64,000 bases of DNA, taken from contig JAZSKX010000002.1 of assembly GCA_045535075.1 (NCBI GenBank), positions 27,216-91,215 on the forward strand, given 5' to 3'. This document shows positions 1 to 10,100 of this stretch, in pieces; within the stretch, counting starts at the first letter, position 1, and each line of letters starts with the position of its first letter. Source of the DNA: Candidatus Spyradenecus sp. Its GTDB lineage: Bacteria; Verrucomicrobiota; Verrucomicrobiia; Opitutales; UBA953. The position numbers were made by a program, and so were the translations under genes. Below the pieces are notes generated by a model. That model was not told the origin of the DNA and made no database searches. It saw nothing but the letters and a program-made list of their open reading frames with translations.

Positions 1-630
1 CTCTATATCGCATTGCTCGGCGGCATCATCATTTCCGGACCTTTTATTCTCTACAAAGCGGCTCACTTCATCACCCCGGCGCTGACATTGCGGGAACGCC
101 ACCGGATTCTACCGGTTTGTATCGCGTCGACGATGCTCTTTGTCGCGGGAGCGCTACTCGCTTTTTTCAAGCTGGCTCCCGTTTCAATTGAGTTCATGTA
201 TTTTTTCTCAAATGAAATGGGCTTGCAGGTCAACTGGTTGGCGGCAGATTACTACGCCTTCATCGTCATCCTGGTACTTTTCGTCGGAGCAATTTTTGAA
301 TTTCCCCTCCTCGTCGTCGCATTGCAATACTTTGAAATTATTCCGACGAAATCACTTCTAAGCAAATGGCGCTGGGTTATCGCGGGGATTCTTATCGTCA
401 TCGCTTTCGTATCTCCGATCAGCGACCCGATTACACTTCTTGCGCTAACGGGACTACTTTTTCTTATTTTCCTCTGCGCCGTCTTCGTCGGAGATTTTCT
501 CCTAAGAAAAAAACTTGCAGCACGCGCAGCGGACGAACTTGCCTTCGAAGCCGAATTTTCGCCCGAAAAAACAAACACCGTTCCCGTCGCAGACGACGAA
601 AACGGCGATCTCAAAGTTTTAGATTCCTAA
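1..630 (+). CDS. tatC: Twin-arginine translocase subunit TatC (5' truncated by window edge)
   Basis: Multi-TM protein with FITPALTxRER, FEFP and SPISDP motifs typical of TatC; frame open from base 1. Confidence 0.85.
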   Translation, partial: LYIALLGGIIISGPFILYKAAHFITPALTLRERHRILPVCIASTMLFVAGALLAFFKLAPVSIEFMYFFSNEMGLQVNWLAADYYAFIVILVLFVGAIFEFPLLVVALQYFEIIPTKSLLSKWRWVIAGILIVIAFVSPISDPITLLALTGLLFLIFLCAVFVGDFLLRKKLAARAADELAFEAEFSPEKTNTVPVADDENGDLKVLDS

Positions 631-670
631 ACAATCGACTGTCGACAAGCTTCTCCGATACGGGAACAAA

Positions 671-702
671 AAAAGTGCCGCCTCAAACGAAGCGGCACTT
701 TT
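671..702. terminator. Bidirectional rho-independent terminator between convergent tatC and the FecR-like gene
   Basis: AAAAGTGCCGC...GCGGCACTTTT hairpin with A/T tails on both sides. Confidence 0.75.
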
Positions 703-716
703 CATCTGAAAATCAA

Positions 717-1433
717 TTAATACGAGGGAGAATTTTCAGGAATCGTGGCGAGGTTCAAGCCGTCGATTTCAACGTCTTCGCCGAACGGATCCGCATCTGC
801 CGGAGCCGAAGCTCCCGGCGTACGGAAATCTTCTTCACCTGCAGCCAAGAGGAGTTCCGCCTGCTTCTTTTCCGCGCGCGTCGCCGGACGCGGAGCCGGA
901 TTCGGATTATCTTTCGTCAGGAAAATCGTTTGTCCGGCAGCAAGCACGGAAACTTTTCCGTCCGTTCCGGCAACACGCCAACGTTCCTGCGTTGCGGTAA
1001 CGCTCATGGTAGATGCCGTAGCCGTAACGGTAACCGTTCCCTTAATTCCGGAAATCGTTCCGGCAGGGGTTTCGAGCGTAAAGCTTGAGCCTTTTTTCAA
1101 ATTCGCCTGAATTGTCGCCGCCCCACCGGAAAGCGAAGCAACCGTGGAAGTTACGCCGTCTTCTTCCGTCGAGCTTTTAACAGAAAAAGAAGCACCTTCG
1201 CCAAGGCCGACAACCGTTCCGTCCGGCAACGTGACGCGTGCAGAAGCACCTTTGGCAACTTTAACAGTGGCGCCGGCAGGAACCGTCGCGCCGGCTTTCA
1301 AGGCAGTCGCCTTCCCGTTGACAACAACGGTGACATTATCGCTGGCAACCGAAACCGTCATCGGAGCCGCAAACGCGACGGATGCGAGGAACAGCGGAGC
1401 CAGTACCAGTGTAGCCAATTTTGCTAGTTTCAT
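717..1433 (-). CDS. Secreted FecR-like domain protein
   Basis: Signal peptide ending AFA; beta-rich segment with DGTVVGLGEGAS and FTLETPAGTISGIKGT resembling the FecR domain. Confidence 0.6.
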   Translation of the reverse strand: MKLAKLATLVLAPLFLASVAFAAPMTVSVASDNVTVVVNGKATALKAGATVPAGATVKVAKGASARVTLPDGTVVGLGEGASFSVKSSTEEDGVTSTVASLSGGAATIQANLKKGSSFTLETPAGTISGIKGTVTVTATASTMSVTATQERWRVAGTDGKVSVLAAGQTIFLTKDNPNPAPRPATRAEKKQAELLLAAGEEDFRTPGASAPADADPFGEDVEIDGLNLATIPENSPSY

Positions 1434-1505
1434 AAGTAAATTTTCTTTAAGGGATTAAAACTGTGTCCGGATATTTTTAAGTAATATTCGCGAAATGCAA
1501 TACTT

Positions 1506-2774
1506 TTATTTCTTTAATTCGTGCGGTGCGCATCTTTTTTCCACGGGAACGCGGTCGAGAATCGCCATTTTCGGAATCCCGGCCTCATCCGTAAGTTGCG
1601 GTGTCCCCTGAATAAGCGGCAACGCATACTTCGCGAACTGAAAGCCGATTGTCATTCCGTTTTCGCCGACCCAATTTTGCGGGAACGTCTTAACGCCGTT
1701 TGCGATGTCTTCGAGCGGTGCTAATTCCGCCTTGATTTGATAGCGGTCCTTTTCTTCACGAACAAGAATTACCATCTTGCCGCTCTCTCCCGCAACTGCG
1801 GCTTTGACAGCCGCCGCGCCCGCCATAAATGCTTCGTCAATGTCCGTTTTAGAAGCAAAGTGCGATGCTGTACGCTGGATATGCCCTTGGCGGCAAGTAC
1901 GTGTCTTTACACCGGCAAACGATTCCTCAACGACGCTTTTCAGATACTCGCAAACTCCGCCGAGGCGCGGATGGCCGAACGCATCGAGTACCGCCATGTT
2001 GGCGCCGAGATAGTTCCCGTCTGCGTCCACCAAGCCTTCCGCCGCAACGACCACGCAGTGCTTGTTGGTCGTAAGCACATTGCGAACGGCTTCCACAAAC
2101 GCCTCGCGATTAAACGGCACTTCGGGAAGCAGAACAAGATGCGGCGCGTCTTCCGGATTTCCGCGGCGCTTCGCCAAAGACGCTCCCGCCGCGATCCAAC
2201 CCGCGCTACGACCCATCACTTCGATAATCGAAACCAAATCATTGCGCCCGAGCGACTCACAGTCGCAGGCGAGTTCCCGTACGGAAGTCGCGATGTATTT
2301 AATCGTCGAGCCGTACCCCGGGCAGTGGTCGGTGAGGACAAGGTCGTTATCAATGGTTTTCGGCACGCCGATAACGCGAATTTCGTAGCCTTGCGACGCG
2401 CAGTAATCAGCGATTTGCTTTGAAGAATCCTGAGAATCGTTCCCGCCGATGTAGTGGAAATAGCGGATATTGTGCGCTTTGAAAACTTCAAGAATGCGCG
2501 CCATGTCCTGCTCTTTTTTCAATTTATAACGGCAGGAGCCGAGGGCGGCGCCCGGTGTCGTATTCAACAAACGCACGGTTTGTTGTGATTCTGCGGCAAG
2601 ATCAATGAAATTTTCCGTCAAAATGCCCTCAACACCGTTAACGGCTCCGTAGATTTCTTCAATTTCGTCTTCAAACTGAAGTGCCGTCGTGAGAACGCCC
2701 GCCAAGCTGGCGTTAATTACCGGGGTGGGGCCACCGCTTTGAGCAACCAACAAATTTCCTTTAAGTATTTCCAT
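1506..2774 (-). CDS. pfkA: 6-phosphofructokinase (PPi/ATP-dependent family)
   Basis: AQSGGPTPVIN, IGGNDS, VPKTIDND and EVMGRSAGW motifs. Confidence 0.92.
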   Translation of the reverse strand: MEILKGNLLVAQSGGPTPVINASLAGVLTTALQFEDEIEEIYGAVNGVEGILTENFIDLAAESQQTVRLLNTTPGAALGSCRYKLKKEQDMARILEVFKAHNIRYFHYIGGNDSQDSSKQIADYCASQGYEIRVIGVPKTIDNDLVLTDHCPGYGSTIKYIATSVRELACDCESLGRNDLVSIIEVMGRSAGWIAAGASLAKRRGNPEDAPHLVLLPEVPFNREAFVEAVRNVLTTNKHCVVVAAEGLVDADGNYLGANMAVLDAFGHPRLGGVCEYLKSVVEESFAGVKTRTCRQGHIQRTASHFASKTDIDEAFMAGAAAVKAAVAGESGKMVILVREEKDRYQIKAELAPLEDIANGVKTFPQNWVGENGMTIGFQFAKYALPLIQGTPQLTDEAGIPKMAILDRVPVEKRCAPHELKK

Positions 2775-2934
2775 ATTCTGCTTCCTACTTCATTCTCTCC
2801 CGCGTTTTTTGGCAAACAAAAAGCGCCGAAACCCTTTCCCGCAAACACGTGCAATAAAACCGCTTGACACTTTCCCGAAACTAAGCCTTTATAAAGCACT
2901 TTCAATTTCAAATACATCAACCTAAAGAAACACA

Positions 2935-3201
2935 ATGCTTCGAATCAGATTGCAACGTCATGGGGCCGCACACGCTCCGAACTATCGCCTCGTTGTTTGC
3001 GAGAGCACGGCTCGTCGCGACGGTCGCTTTGTCGAAATCGTCGGTTCCTACAATCCTGCCGCTAAAGGCAAAACCGAACCGCTGAAAGTCGCTCTCGATC
3101 GCGTCGACTACTGGATGAAATGCGGTGCGCAACCCTCCGAAACGGTTGCTTCGCTCATCAAGCGCGCCCGTAAGGAAGCCGCCGCCGCTCCGGCTGCGTA
3201 A
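2935..3201 (+). CDS. rpsP: 30S ribosomal protein S16
   Basis: MLRIRLQRHG...RRDGRFVEIVGSYNP...GAQPSETV. Confidence 0.97.
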   Translation: MLRIRLQRHGAAHAPNYRLVVCESTARRDGRFVEIVGSYNPAAKGKTEPLKVALDRVDYWMKCGAQPSETVASLIKRARKEAAAAPAA

Positions 3202-3289
3202 TTGCGGGAACTTCCGACAAGTTTATTATTTACTAAAAGAAGAAAGGCGTTCCCGTGGCAAACGAGAGCGCCTTTTTCGTCTCCGTAGC

Positions 3290-3973
3290 ATGCAGATAGA
3301 TATTCTCACTCTTTTTCCCAAGATGGTTACCGGATTTTTCTCCGAAAGCATCTTAGGGCGTGCGATTGAGAAAAAAATCCTTTCCGTAAACACGCACGAC
3401 ATCCGCGATTGGACCGCCGACAAACATCGGCGGGTTGACGATCGCCCGTTCGGCGGCGGTGCCGGCATGCTAATGTCCCCGCAACCCGTTTTCGATGCCA
3501 TCGAAGCCGTTCGCGGGAACGATTCCGTCGACGAAATCATCTACCTTTGTCCGGACGGAGAACCGCTAACCAACAACCTCGCGCGCGAACTTTCTCAAAA
3601 AAAGCGTATCATTCTCCTCAGCGGGCATTACGAAGGGATCGACCAACGTATCCGCGACACACTGATTACGCGGGAAATTTCTATCGGAGATTATGTGCTG
3701 ACAAACGGCACAATCGCCGCCGCCGTCTTGGTCGATTGCCTCGCCCGGCAAATTCCCGGAGTGCTCGGCGAAGAAAATTCGTTGACTAGCGACAGTTTTA
3801 ATGCCAATCTTCTATCCTTTCCTCAGTATACGCGTCCCGAGGTTTTCCGCGGTATGCCTGTTCCGCCGGTTCTTCTTTCCGGAAATCACGCAGAAATCAA
3901 GCGTTGGCGGCATGAGCAACAGCTGAAAAAAACGCGGGAACGCAGACCTGATTTACTTTCAAAAGACATATAA
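3290..3973 (+). CDS. trmD: tRNA (guanine-N1)-methyltransferase TrmD
   Basis: IDILTLFP, VDDRPFGGGAGM, GHYEGIDQR, SIGDYVL; start taken at ATG 3290. Confidence 0.96.
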   Translation: MQIDILTLFPKMVTGFFSESILGRAIEKKILSVNTHDIRDWTADKHRRVDDRPFGGGAGMLMSPQPVFDAIEAVRGNDSVDEIIYLCPDGEPLTNNLARELSQKKRIILLSGHYEGIDQRIRDTLITREISIGDYVLTNGTIAAAVLVDCLARQIPGVLGEENSLTSDSFNANLLSFPQYTRPEVFRGMPVPPVLLSGNHAEIKRWRHEQQLKKTRERRPDLLSKDI

Positions 3974-3975
3974 CA

Positions 3976-4341
3976 ATGAGCCAGCAAATCCTTAATTCGC
4001 TTACACAAGCCCAGCTCAAAGCTGACCGCAACAACTTCCGCGTCGGCGACGGCGTTCGCGTCCACACCAAGGTTCGCGAAGGAGACAAAGAACGCATCCA
4101 GATCTTCTCCGGAATCGTCATCAGCCACAAAGGCACGGGCATTCAAGAAGCCTTCACGGTTCGCCGCATCGCCTCGGGCGAAGGCGTTGAACGCGTGTTT
4201 CCGGTTCACAGCCCGAACGTCGTCAAAATCGAAGTCGATCGCAAATCGGTTCCGATGAAAGCGCGCCTCCACTACCTGCGCAAGCGCTTGGGCAAAGCGG
4301 CAACGAAGGTCAAAGAACGCGCATTCTCGACGGAAGCCTAA
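3976..4341 (+). CDS. rplS: 50S ribosomal protein L19
   Basis: FRVGDGVRVH...EGDKERIQIFSG...GVERVFPVHSP. Confidence 0.97.
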   Translation: MSQQILNSLTQAQLKADRNNFRVGDGVRVHTKVREGDKERIQIFSGIVISHKGTGIQEAFTVRRIASGEGVERVFPVHSPNVVKIEVDRKSVPMKARLHYLRKRLGKAATKVKERAFSTEA

Positions 4342-4358
4342 TTCGCTTCGACCTTTTC

Positions 4359-4392
4359 AAAAGGCACATTCCCTGCGGAGTGTGCCTTTTTT
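4359..4392. terminator. Bidirectional terminator between rplS and xseA
   Basis: AAAAGGCACATTCC...GGAGTGTGCCTTTT hairpin. Confidence 0.75.
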
Positions 4393-4410
4393 GTTTCCCG
4401 AACGGAACCC

Positions 4411-5712
4411 TTAGCCTGCAAGATCTCTGCCTTCGACGTGCGTCGTTCCGTCGTGGAACTGCAAGACGACCCTTTGCCCGAGAGAAATTTTTCCCGCAGA
4501 ATCCAAAAGCGTTCCCGTCGCCTCGTCTTTGGCAACAGCAAAACCGCGCTTCAGGGTCGCATCCAATCCGGAGGCGGATAAGCGGGCCGCCAATTGATTC
4601 AAATGCAAGCGGGCAAGTTCCGTTCGTGTCGCAGGGAATTGCTTCTCCAAGCGGAAATTCAGCTTATCAAGTCGTTCCCGCAGAGAAGCGACTGCGGGAG
4701 CAAGCGCGCCGGAAAGTCGATGCGAAAGCAAATTCGCACGCGTTCGCATCAAAGCGAAAAGCGCGTGCGGCGAGCGGCTTTCGAGGCGGGCTTCAAGCAA
4801 ATCCAAACGCTGCGCGAAATTTTCCAGCATCGCGGTCGCACAAGCCTCCAACGACATTTCGGCAGAGTCAACCCGTTCAACGATTTCCATGCGTCCGCTC
4901 GAAATATACTCGGCGGCGGCAGAAGGCGTTTCGGCACGCAAGTCCGATGCGAAATCCGAAAGCGTAAAATCAATTTCATGCCCGACAGCGGAAATCACGG
5001 GAACGCGCGACGCACGCACGGCTCGCGCCACCGCCTCTTCATTAAAGCACCACAAATCTTCGAGCGAACCGCCGCCGCGACCGACAACCAACACGTCTAA
5101 ATCGCGTAGCGTTCCCGCAAGGCGAATGCCGCGCACGATTTCCTCCGCCGCGCCGACGCCCTGCACTTTCGCCGGAATCACGTAAAGCATTCCCACCCAA
5201 TCCCGGCGACGAAGAATGCTGATAAAATCCCGAATTGCCGCTCCCGTCGGAGACGTTACAAAGGCAATTTTTTTGGCGAATCGGGGAATCGGGCGTTTTT
5301 TCTCTTTTGCAAAAAGGCCTTCCGCTTCCAGCTTGCGCAACAATTTTTCATATTCCGCCTGAAGCCGCCCAACGCCTTCTTCCTGCAAGATGCGGACAAC
5401 AATCTGATAGTTCCCGCGCGGCGCATAAACGTCAACATCTCCGAAAACGACGATTTGCATCCCTTCCCGCAACCGAACATTCGAGCGCGCAAGCATTCCG
5501 CGAAACGCGACGGCGGAAATTTGGCTTCCCGCGTCTTTCAATGTAAAATACGCATGCCCGCTACTTTGAATGCGCAAATTAGAAATTTCTCCGCGTAGCC
5601 AAACACCGGAAAACGCCGATTCCAGGGTTGATTTTATTTGCGCGGTCAGCTCGGAAACCGTCAACGGTTCTTCCCGTAGCTCGCGAAGCTCCGAATGTTC
5701 TCCGGAAAACAT
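4411..5712 (-). CDS. xseA: Exodeoxyribonuclease VII large subunit
   Basis: GEISN...SGHAYFTLKD, GRGGGSLEDLWCFNEE, SAVGHEIDFT, ETPSAAAE. Confidence 0.96.
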   Translation of the reverse strand: MFSGEHSELRELREEPLTVSELTAQIKSTLESAFSGVWLRGEISNLRIQSSGHAYFTLKDAGSQISAVAFRGMLARSNVRLREGMQIVVFGDVDVYAPRGNYQIVVRILQEEGVGRLQAEYEKLLRKLEAEGLFAKEKKRPIPRFAKKIAFVTSPTGAAIRDFISILRRRDWVGMLYVIPAKVQGVGAAEEIVRGIRLAGTLRDLDVLVVGRGGGSLEDLWCFNEEAVARAVRASRVPVISAVGHEIDFTLSDFASDLRAETPSAAAEYISSGRMEIVERVDSAEMSLEACATAMLENFAQRLDLLEARLESRSPHALFALMRTRANLLSHRLSGALAPAVASLRERLDKLNFRLEKQFPATRTELARLHLNQLAARLSASGLDATLKRGFAVAKDEATGTLLDSAGKISLGQRVVLQFHDGTTHVEGRDLAG

Positions 5713-5725
5713 TTTCGTTCCCGCG

Positions 5726-6109
5726 TCAATTCGCTTCCCACGGGCTCAAAAAGCGCGTTCGGAAATCGTAAACATTATCAAAATCTTCAATGGAATCGCT
5801 TTCGGATTTCGCGAGAACTTTCTCATCAATCAGCGTATAAACAATGTCGCCGATATCACGCGTCTTTCCCAATCCCCACGTTTTCAAGACCTGAAATGTC
5901 ATCGGCCCGAAACGATCCAAGGCAAAATCCGCCATGCCTTCGGCGAGTTCCTGCCCCGAAACATGGCGCTTCCCCGCAGGAGATTTTTGCCTTCCCAAGC
6001 GCTTAACGGTTTCGCCGAGAGCTTCGGAAACAAAAAGATAAGCCTCGTTCGCAAATCGCGAATCGCGGCATTGAATCTTCTCAAGCACGTCTTCAATCGT
6101 TTGGTCCAT
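5726..6109 (-). CDS. Verrucomicrobia/Planctomycetes conserved protein (Minf_1886-like)
   Basis: DSRF..EAYLFV, RHVSGQEL, FGPM..VL..WG, DIGDIVY, DSIEDF; start taken at ATG 6109. Confidence 0.75.
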   Translation of the reverse strand: MDQTIEDVLEKIQCRDSRFANEAYLFVSEALGETVKRLGRQKSPAGKRHVSGQELAEGMADFALDRFGPMTFQVLKTWGLGKTRDIGDIVYTLIDEKVLAKSESDSIEDFDNVYDFRTRFLSPWEAN

Positions 6110-6225
6110 AAAAACAAGTCTATCTTCGCGCAAATTCTCCGCCCGGCGCAAGCGGAAATCCTCTCCGGAAACAACGAAGGAAGTGAAATTGAAAGTGACA
6201 GGATTGTCTCTCCCCCACAAAAAAA

Positions 6226-6253
6226 CGTTCCCGTGAAACAAATCACGGGAACG
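6226..6253 (-). terminator. Terminator formed by an inverted pair of the CGGGAACG motif, downstream of PEP-CTERM gene 1
   Basis: CGTTCCCGTGA-N6-TCACGGGAACG preceded by an A-run (U-tail on the minus strand). Confidence 0.75.
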
Positions 6254-6288
6254 CACACGTATTATGAATTAATAATCACTAAAAAAAA

Positions 6289-7011
6289 TTAGCGACGGCG
6301 ACGGCGCGTGCCGACAAGCGCCAAAGCGCCCAAGCCCGCAAGCAAACCGAACGTCGACGGCTCGGGGATAGTAATCGTACTCATCGAAATGCTGTGGACG
6401 GTTTCGTTGATACGATAGTCACCACCAGTATTTCCTCCGAGAGCAATATCCGTGATATTTCCGGTAACCGTATCTGCGAGAGTTCCCGTACCTGTCATTA
6501 CGTCGTCAACGTACAGCGTAACATTCGTGCCGATTTTAACTAAATCAACAGTGTAGATTCCTCCGGCGGCAACATTAACAAGATTGTTTTCGCCCTTGGT
6601 AAGATTTCCGTCAAGAGCGACACTATTTTCCATGTTTGTGTACGGACCGTAGCGCAGCGCAGTTCCGTTTCCCGCAATTGTAGCAAAAACAGGTCAAGCA
6701 TTACTCGCAGAAATAGTATCTCCGAGTGTAAGCGTAACACTGAATTTGAAATCTTCATCCCAACTTCCATAAACACCGCCGGCAAGGTGCGGACGATGGT
6801 TATTAGCTGTGGTCACTCCTCCCTCGTTAACGTAATTTGAGACATCCCAGAACGTCCCCGCACTATTTAACGTTCCCGTGATCTCATAGCCATTAGTGTA
6901 TCCGCTCCCGAAATTTACACTCCAAATTTCGTTCTCGGTATAGTCGACATCCGCACTTGCGACTGCCATTCCCGCGGCGAGAAGAGCCGCAATTGTAATA
7001 TATTTTTTCAT
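6289..7011 (-). pseudogene. PEP-CTERM surface protein interrupted by one in-frame TGA (6694-6696)
   Basis: ORFs 6694-7011 and 6289-6633 are in the same frame: ...SASNA*PVFATIAGNG...MENSV...; N-terminal signal peptide MKKYITIAALL; C-terminal IPEPSTFGLLAGLGALALVGTRRRRR. Confidence 0.8.
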
Positions 7012-7043
7012 GTTTTTTGTGATTGAGATTAAAAGAGGGGTCT

Positions 7044-7071
7044 ATTTTACCCCCCCCCTAAAAGTTATCAA
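7044..7071 (-). promoter_or_regulatory. Putative sigma70 promoter with a G9 tract in the spacer
   Basis: Minus strand TTGATA-acttttaGGGGGGGGG-TAAAAT (16-bp spacer) upstream of the PEP-CTERM start. Confidence 0.6.
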
Positions 7072-7190
7072 GCGGCTTTTTAAGCGCTCTTGGAGGCGGT
7101 TTTATGCGCGGAAAGAGCCGTGAAATCGGCATTCACGAATCTTCTCCGTTGCGGGAACGACCGGCAGAGCGTAGCGTTTTCAAAAGAAAT

Positions 7191-10100
7191 ATGGGCGATA
7201 GCGCGACACAGCAGGCATTTGACATTTTGGACCTTGAGCGCCCCGGCGTCATTGAAGCGTCGGCGGGAACGGGAAAGACATATTCGATTGCCGAAATCTA
7301 TCTTGCCCTGCTCTGCGGGCACACACGCTACGCCCAAAATCCGCCGAAAGATTTTGATTTCGGGAGGAATCCGAATCCGCCTTCCGTGCGGGAAATTCTC
7401 GTCGTTACATTTACGGAAGCGGCAACGAACGAGCTGACCGAACGACTCCAAAAACGAATTCGCGAAGCCGTAAAAAAAGAGCTTTCGCCCGACGCGTCGG
7501 AAAAAGAAAAAAACGAACGCCGTCTGCTTCGCCTCGCCGACGCCGAATTTGACGAAGCGGCCGTTTCGACCATTCACGGATTTTGTATGCGCGTGTTGCG
7601 GGATTTCAGCTTTGAATGCGGCTTGCCGCCGGCGCTCGTTCCCGCAGAAAATCTCACGGAGGAAATGACGCGCTTTGCCGCACGATTCCGCACGCGGGAA
7701 GCGTTGCTCGGGAACAAGCGCATTCTCGAACTTTCGACGAATGACATACGTTCGATTATCGACAAACTTGCTAAAAATCCGGACATCGCAATCGCCGAAC
7801 CGGACAACGGCGACCGCTCAGACCCCGACTTTCACGTCGCGACCCGAGGGCTCAAAGCATGGCTTACCGAACGCAAGAAAATTGAACAACTCTCGTTCGA
7901 CGAAGTACTGCTTCGCTTGCGCGATGCCCTGCGGGAAAAACCGCAACTCGCCCGGAAAATCGCCGCACGCTACCGGGTTGCGCTTGTTGACGAATTTCAG
8001 GACACAGATCCGGTTCAATGGGAAATTTTCAATCTCATTTTCGTCAGACAAAAGCGCCCGTTTTTCTGTGTCGGCGATCCGAAGCAGGCGATTTATGAAT
8101 TTCGCGGCGGAGACATCCGCACGTACACGCAAGCCGTCGGTGAAATCCTTCGAAAGAACCGCGACAATCGCCTTCGCCTAATCACCAACTGGCGCTCCGA
8201 AGCGACAATGATTGCGGCGTTCAACGAGCTTTTCCGCGCCGATTCCCAAATTGAGCCTACAGCCCAAGGCGTTCCCGTAAGCGGCAATCTGAATTACCTT
8301 GATGCCGTTCCCGCGAAGCGGAAAGAGGACTCCGAAAAAAACGCTCCCGCGATTTTTCTTCGAACCGGATTTTCCGGAGCGATTGAGGGAGCTCGCGCGA
8401 AAGTTCGGGAACGACTTGTCGAAGATATTCAAATTTTAATTACGAAACAAAAAATTCCGCCGGAAGCAATTGCCGTGCTTACACGCAAAAACAACGAAGC
8501 ATTTGCAATTTTAAGAGAGCTGACGAAAAAAGGCGTTCCCGCCGTCATGAGCGCGACGGGCTCGGTGCTTGAAACGGAAGAAGCATCTGCGATCGGCGAA
8601 ATTCTCGACGCGATGCTCAATCCGAGCAGCACGTCCGCAATTCTTCGTGCGGCGGTTTGCGAATTTTTCGGTACTTCTTTTTTTGAATCACTCGCACAAA
8701 AAGGAAGCGGAGAAAACGAAGCGCTTTCGAAGTTGCGGGAACGCCTTTTTGAAGCGCAAAAAATCTGGGAGCAGCGCGATGTGCTTTCGGCGTTTTCATT
8801 GCTGGAAAAAACATATTCGTTCCGCGAAAATCTCGCGAAACTTTCCGAGGCTTCCCGACGACTTGCCAACGCGACGCACATTTTGGAAATTCTCCAAACC
8901 GAAGCCCACCAACGCCGCCTCGCGCCGCAAGCTCTTTTCAATCGTTTTTCGGAAATGCTGCGCTCGCCGAATCCCGACTCGGAAAAAGAAGCGCTGCGCA
9001 TTGATTCCGACGCTCCCGCCGTACAAATTACCACGCTCCACAAAAGCAAAGGGCTTCAATACGAAATCGTGTTTCTCCCGAGCTTGTGGGACATGCCGAT
9101 AAGCTCGGGCGGGAGCAAAGTCCGTTGCGTCCGTAGCCAAACACAAAGCGGCGACCGCCAAATACTGCTTCGGAAAAATGCCGCAATTCAACACGCGGAA
9201 ATCGAAGAAACCGCCCAAACGCACGCCTGCCTCAATTACGTCGCGTTTACGCGTGCAAAGAAAGCCTGCGTCGCCTACCACGCGAATGAAGCCACTTCTT
9301 ACGGGAAGAAAATCGAATCCTATTTTTCAAAAATCCTTTCCGCCGCCGGCATCTGCGGGAACGCAACCGGGAACGGCGAAGCGAAGCATTGGAAAATCCT
9401 TGCCGAAGACGACGCGCTCCCGGAAATTTTATTTCTCCGAGAAAAAAAATCGACGGCGCGCAACTCGCCGGACTTTCTGTTCCCGCAAAACAAACCGAAA
9501 AACGGTGCTTGGGGAATTTTCAGCTTTTCAAAAATTATCGACGACCACGAAACGCAAAACGGCAAACTCGAACCGGAAACCGACGACGCCGAAAAAATCA
9601 TCGACGGAACGATTCAAAAATCCGAGCTCTTCCAAGCTCCGGATTATTACGATCTCGCAGCCGGGAAAGAATTCGGGACTCTCGTTCACGCTATTTTCGA
9701 ACAAGTCGATTTTAAAACGCGAAATAATCTCGATGCTCTAATCGAATTTTACAGAGAGCGTTTTCCGCAATGGCTCGCCGACGACGCTTCCCGGGAAAAA
9801 ATCAGAAAAATGATCGACGAAACGCTTGAGCTTCCCATCGACGGCAAGTCCGCCAAACTCAGCCAAATCGATTCGACGCGCGATGCATTACGGGAACTTG
9901 AATTCTTATTCCACGCCAAAAAATCCGAAAATTTGTATTCGGAACTTAATGACGTTTTTTCTTCTTGGGGCGGAATTTACAAACGCACAGCCGAAATTCA
10001 TTGGGCGAGCGGAGACGCGGGAACGCTCAAAATAGAAGGACTGATGCACGGCTATATCGACTTGGTCGCAAGAACAAACGGGCGCTATTACATCGCAGAC

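Noticed and set aside
2935..4341. Missing rimM in the rpsP-trmD-rplS operon
   Set aside because: A similar arrangement is known in other PVC-superphylum genomes, so it is not considered novel.
6640..6696. Selenocysteine or genome-wide UGA recoding
   Set aside because: No convincing SECIS or redox motif, and TGA terminates several conserved genes here.
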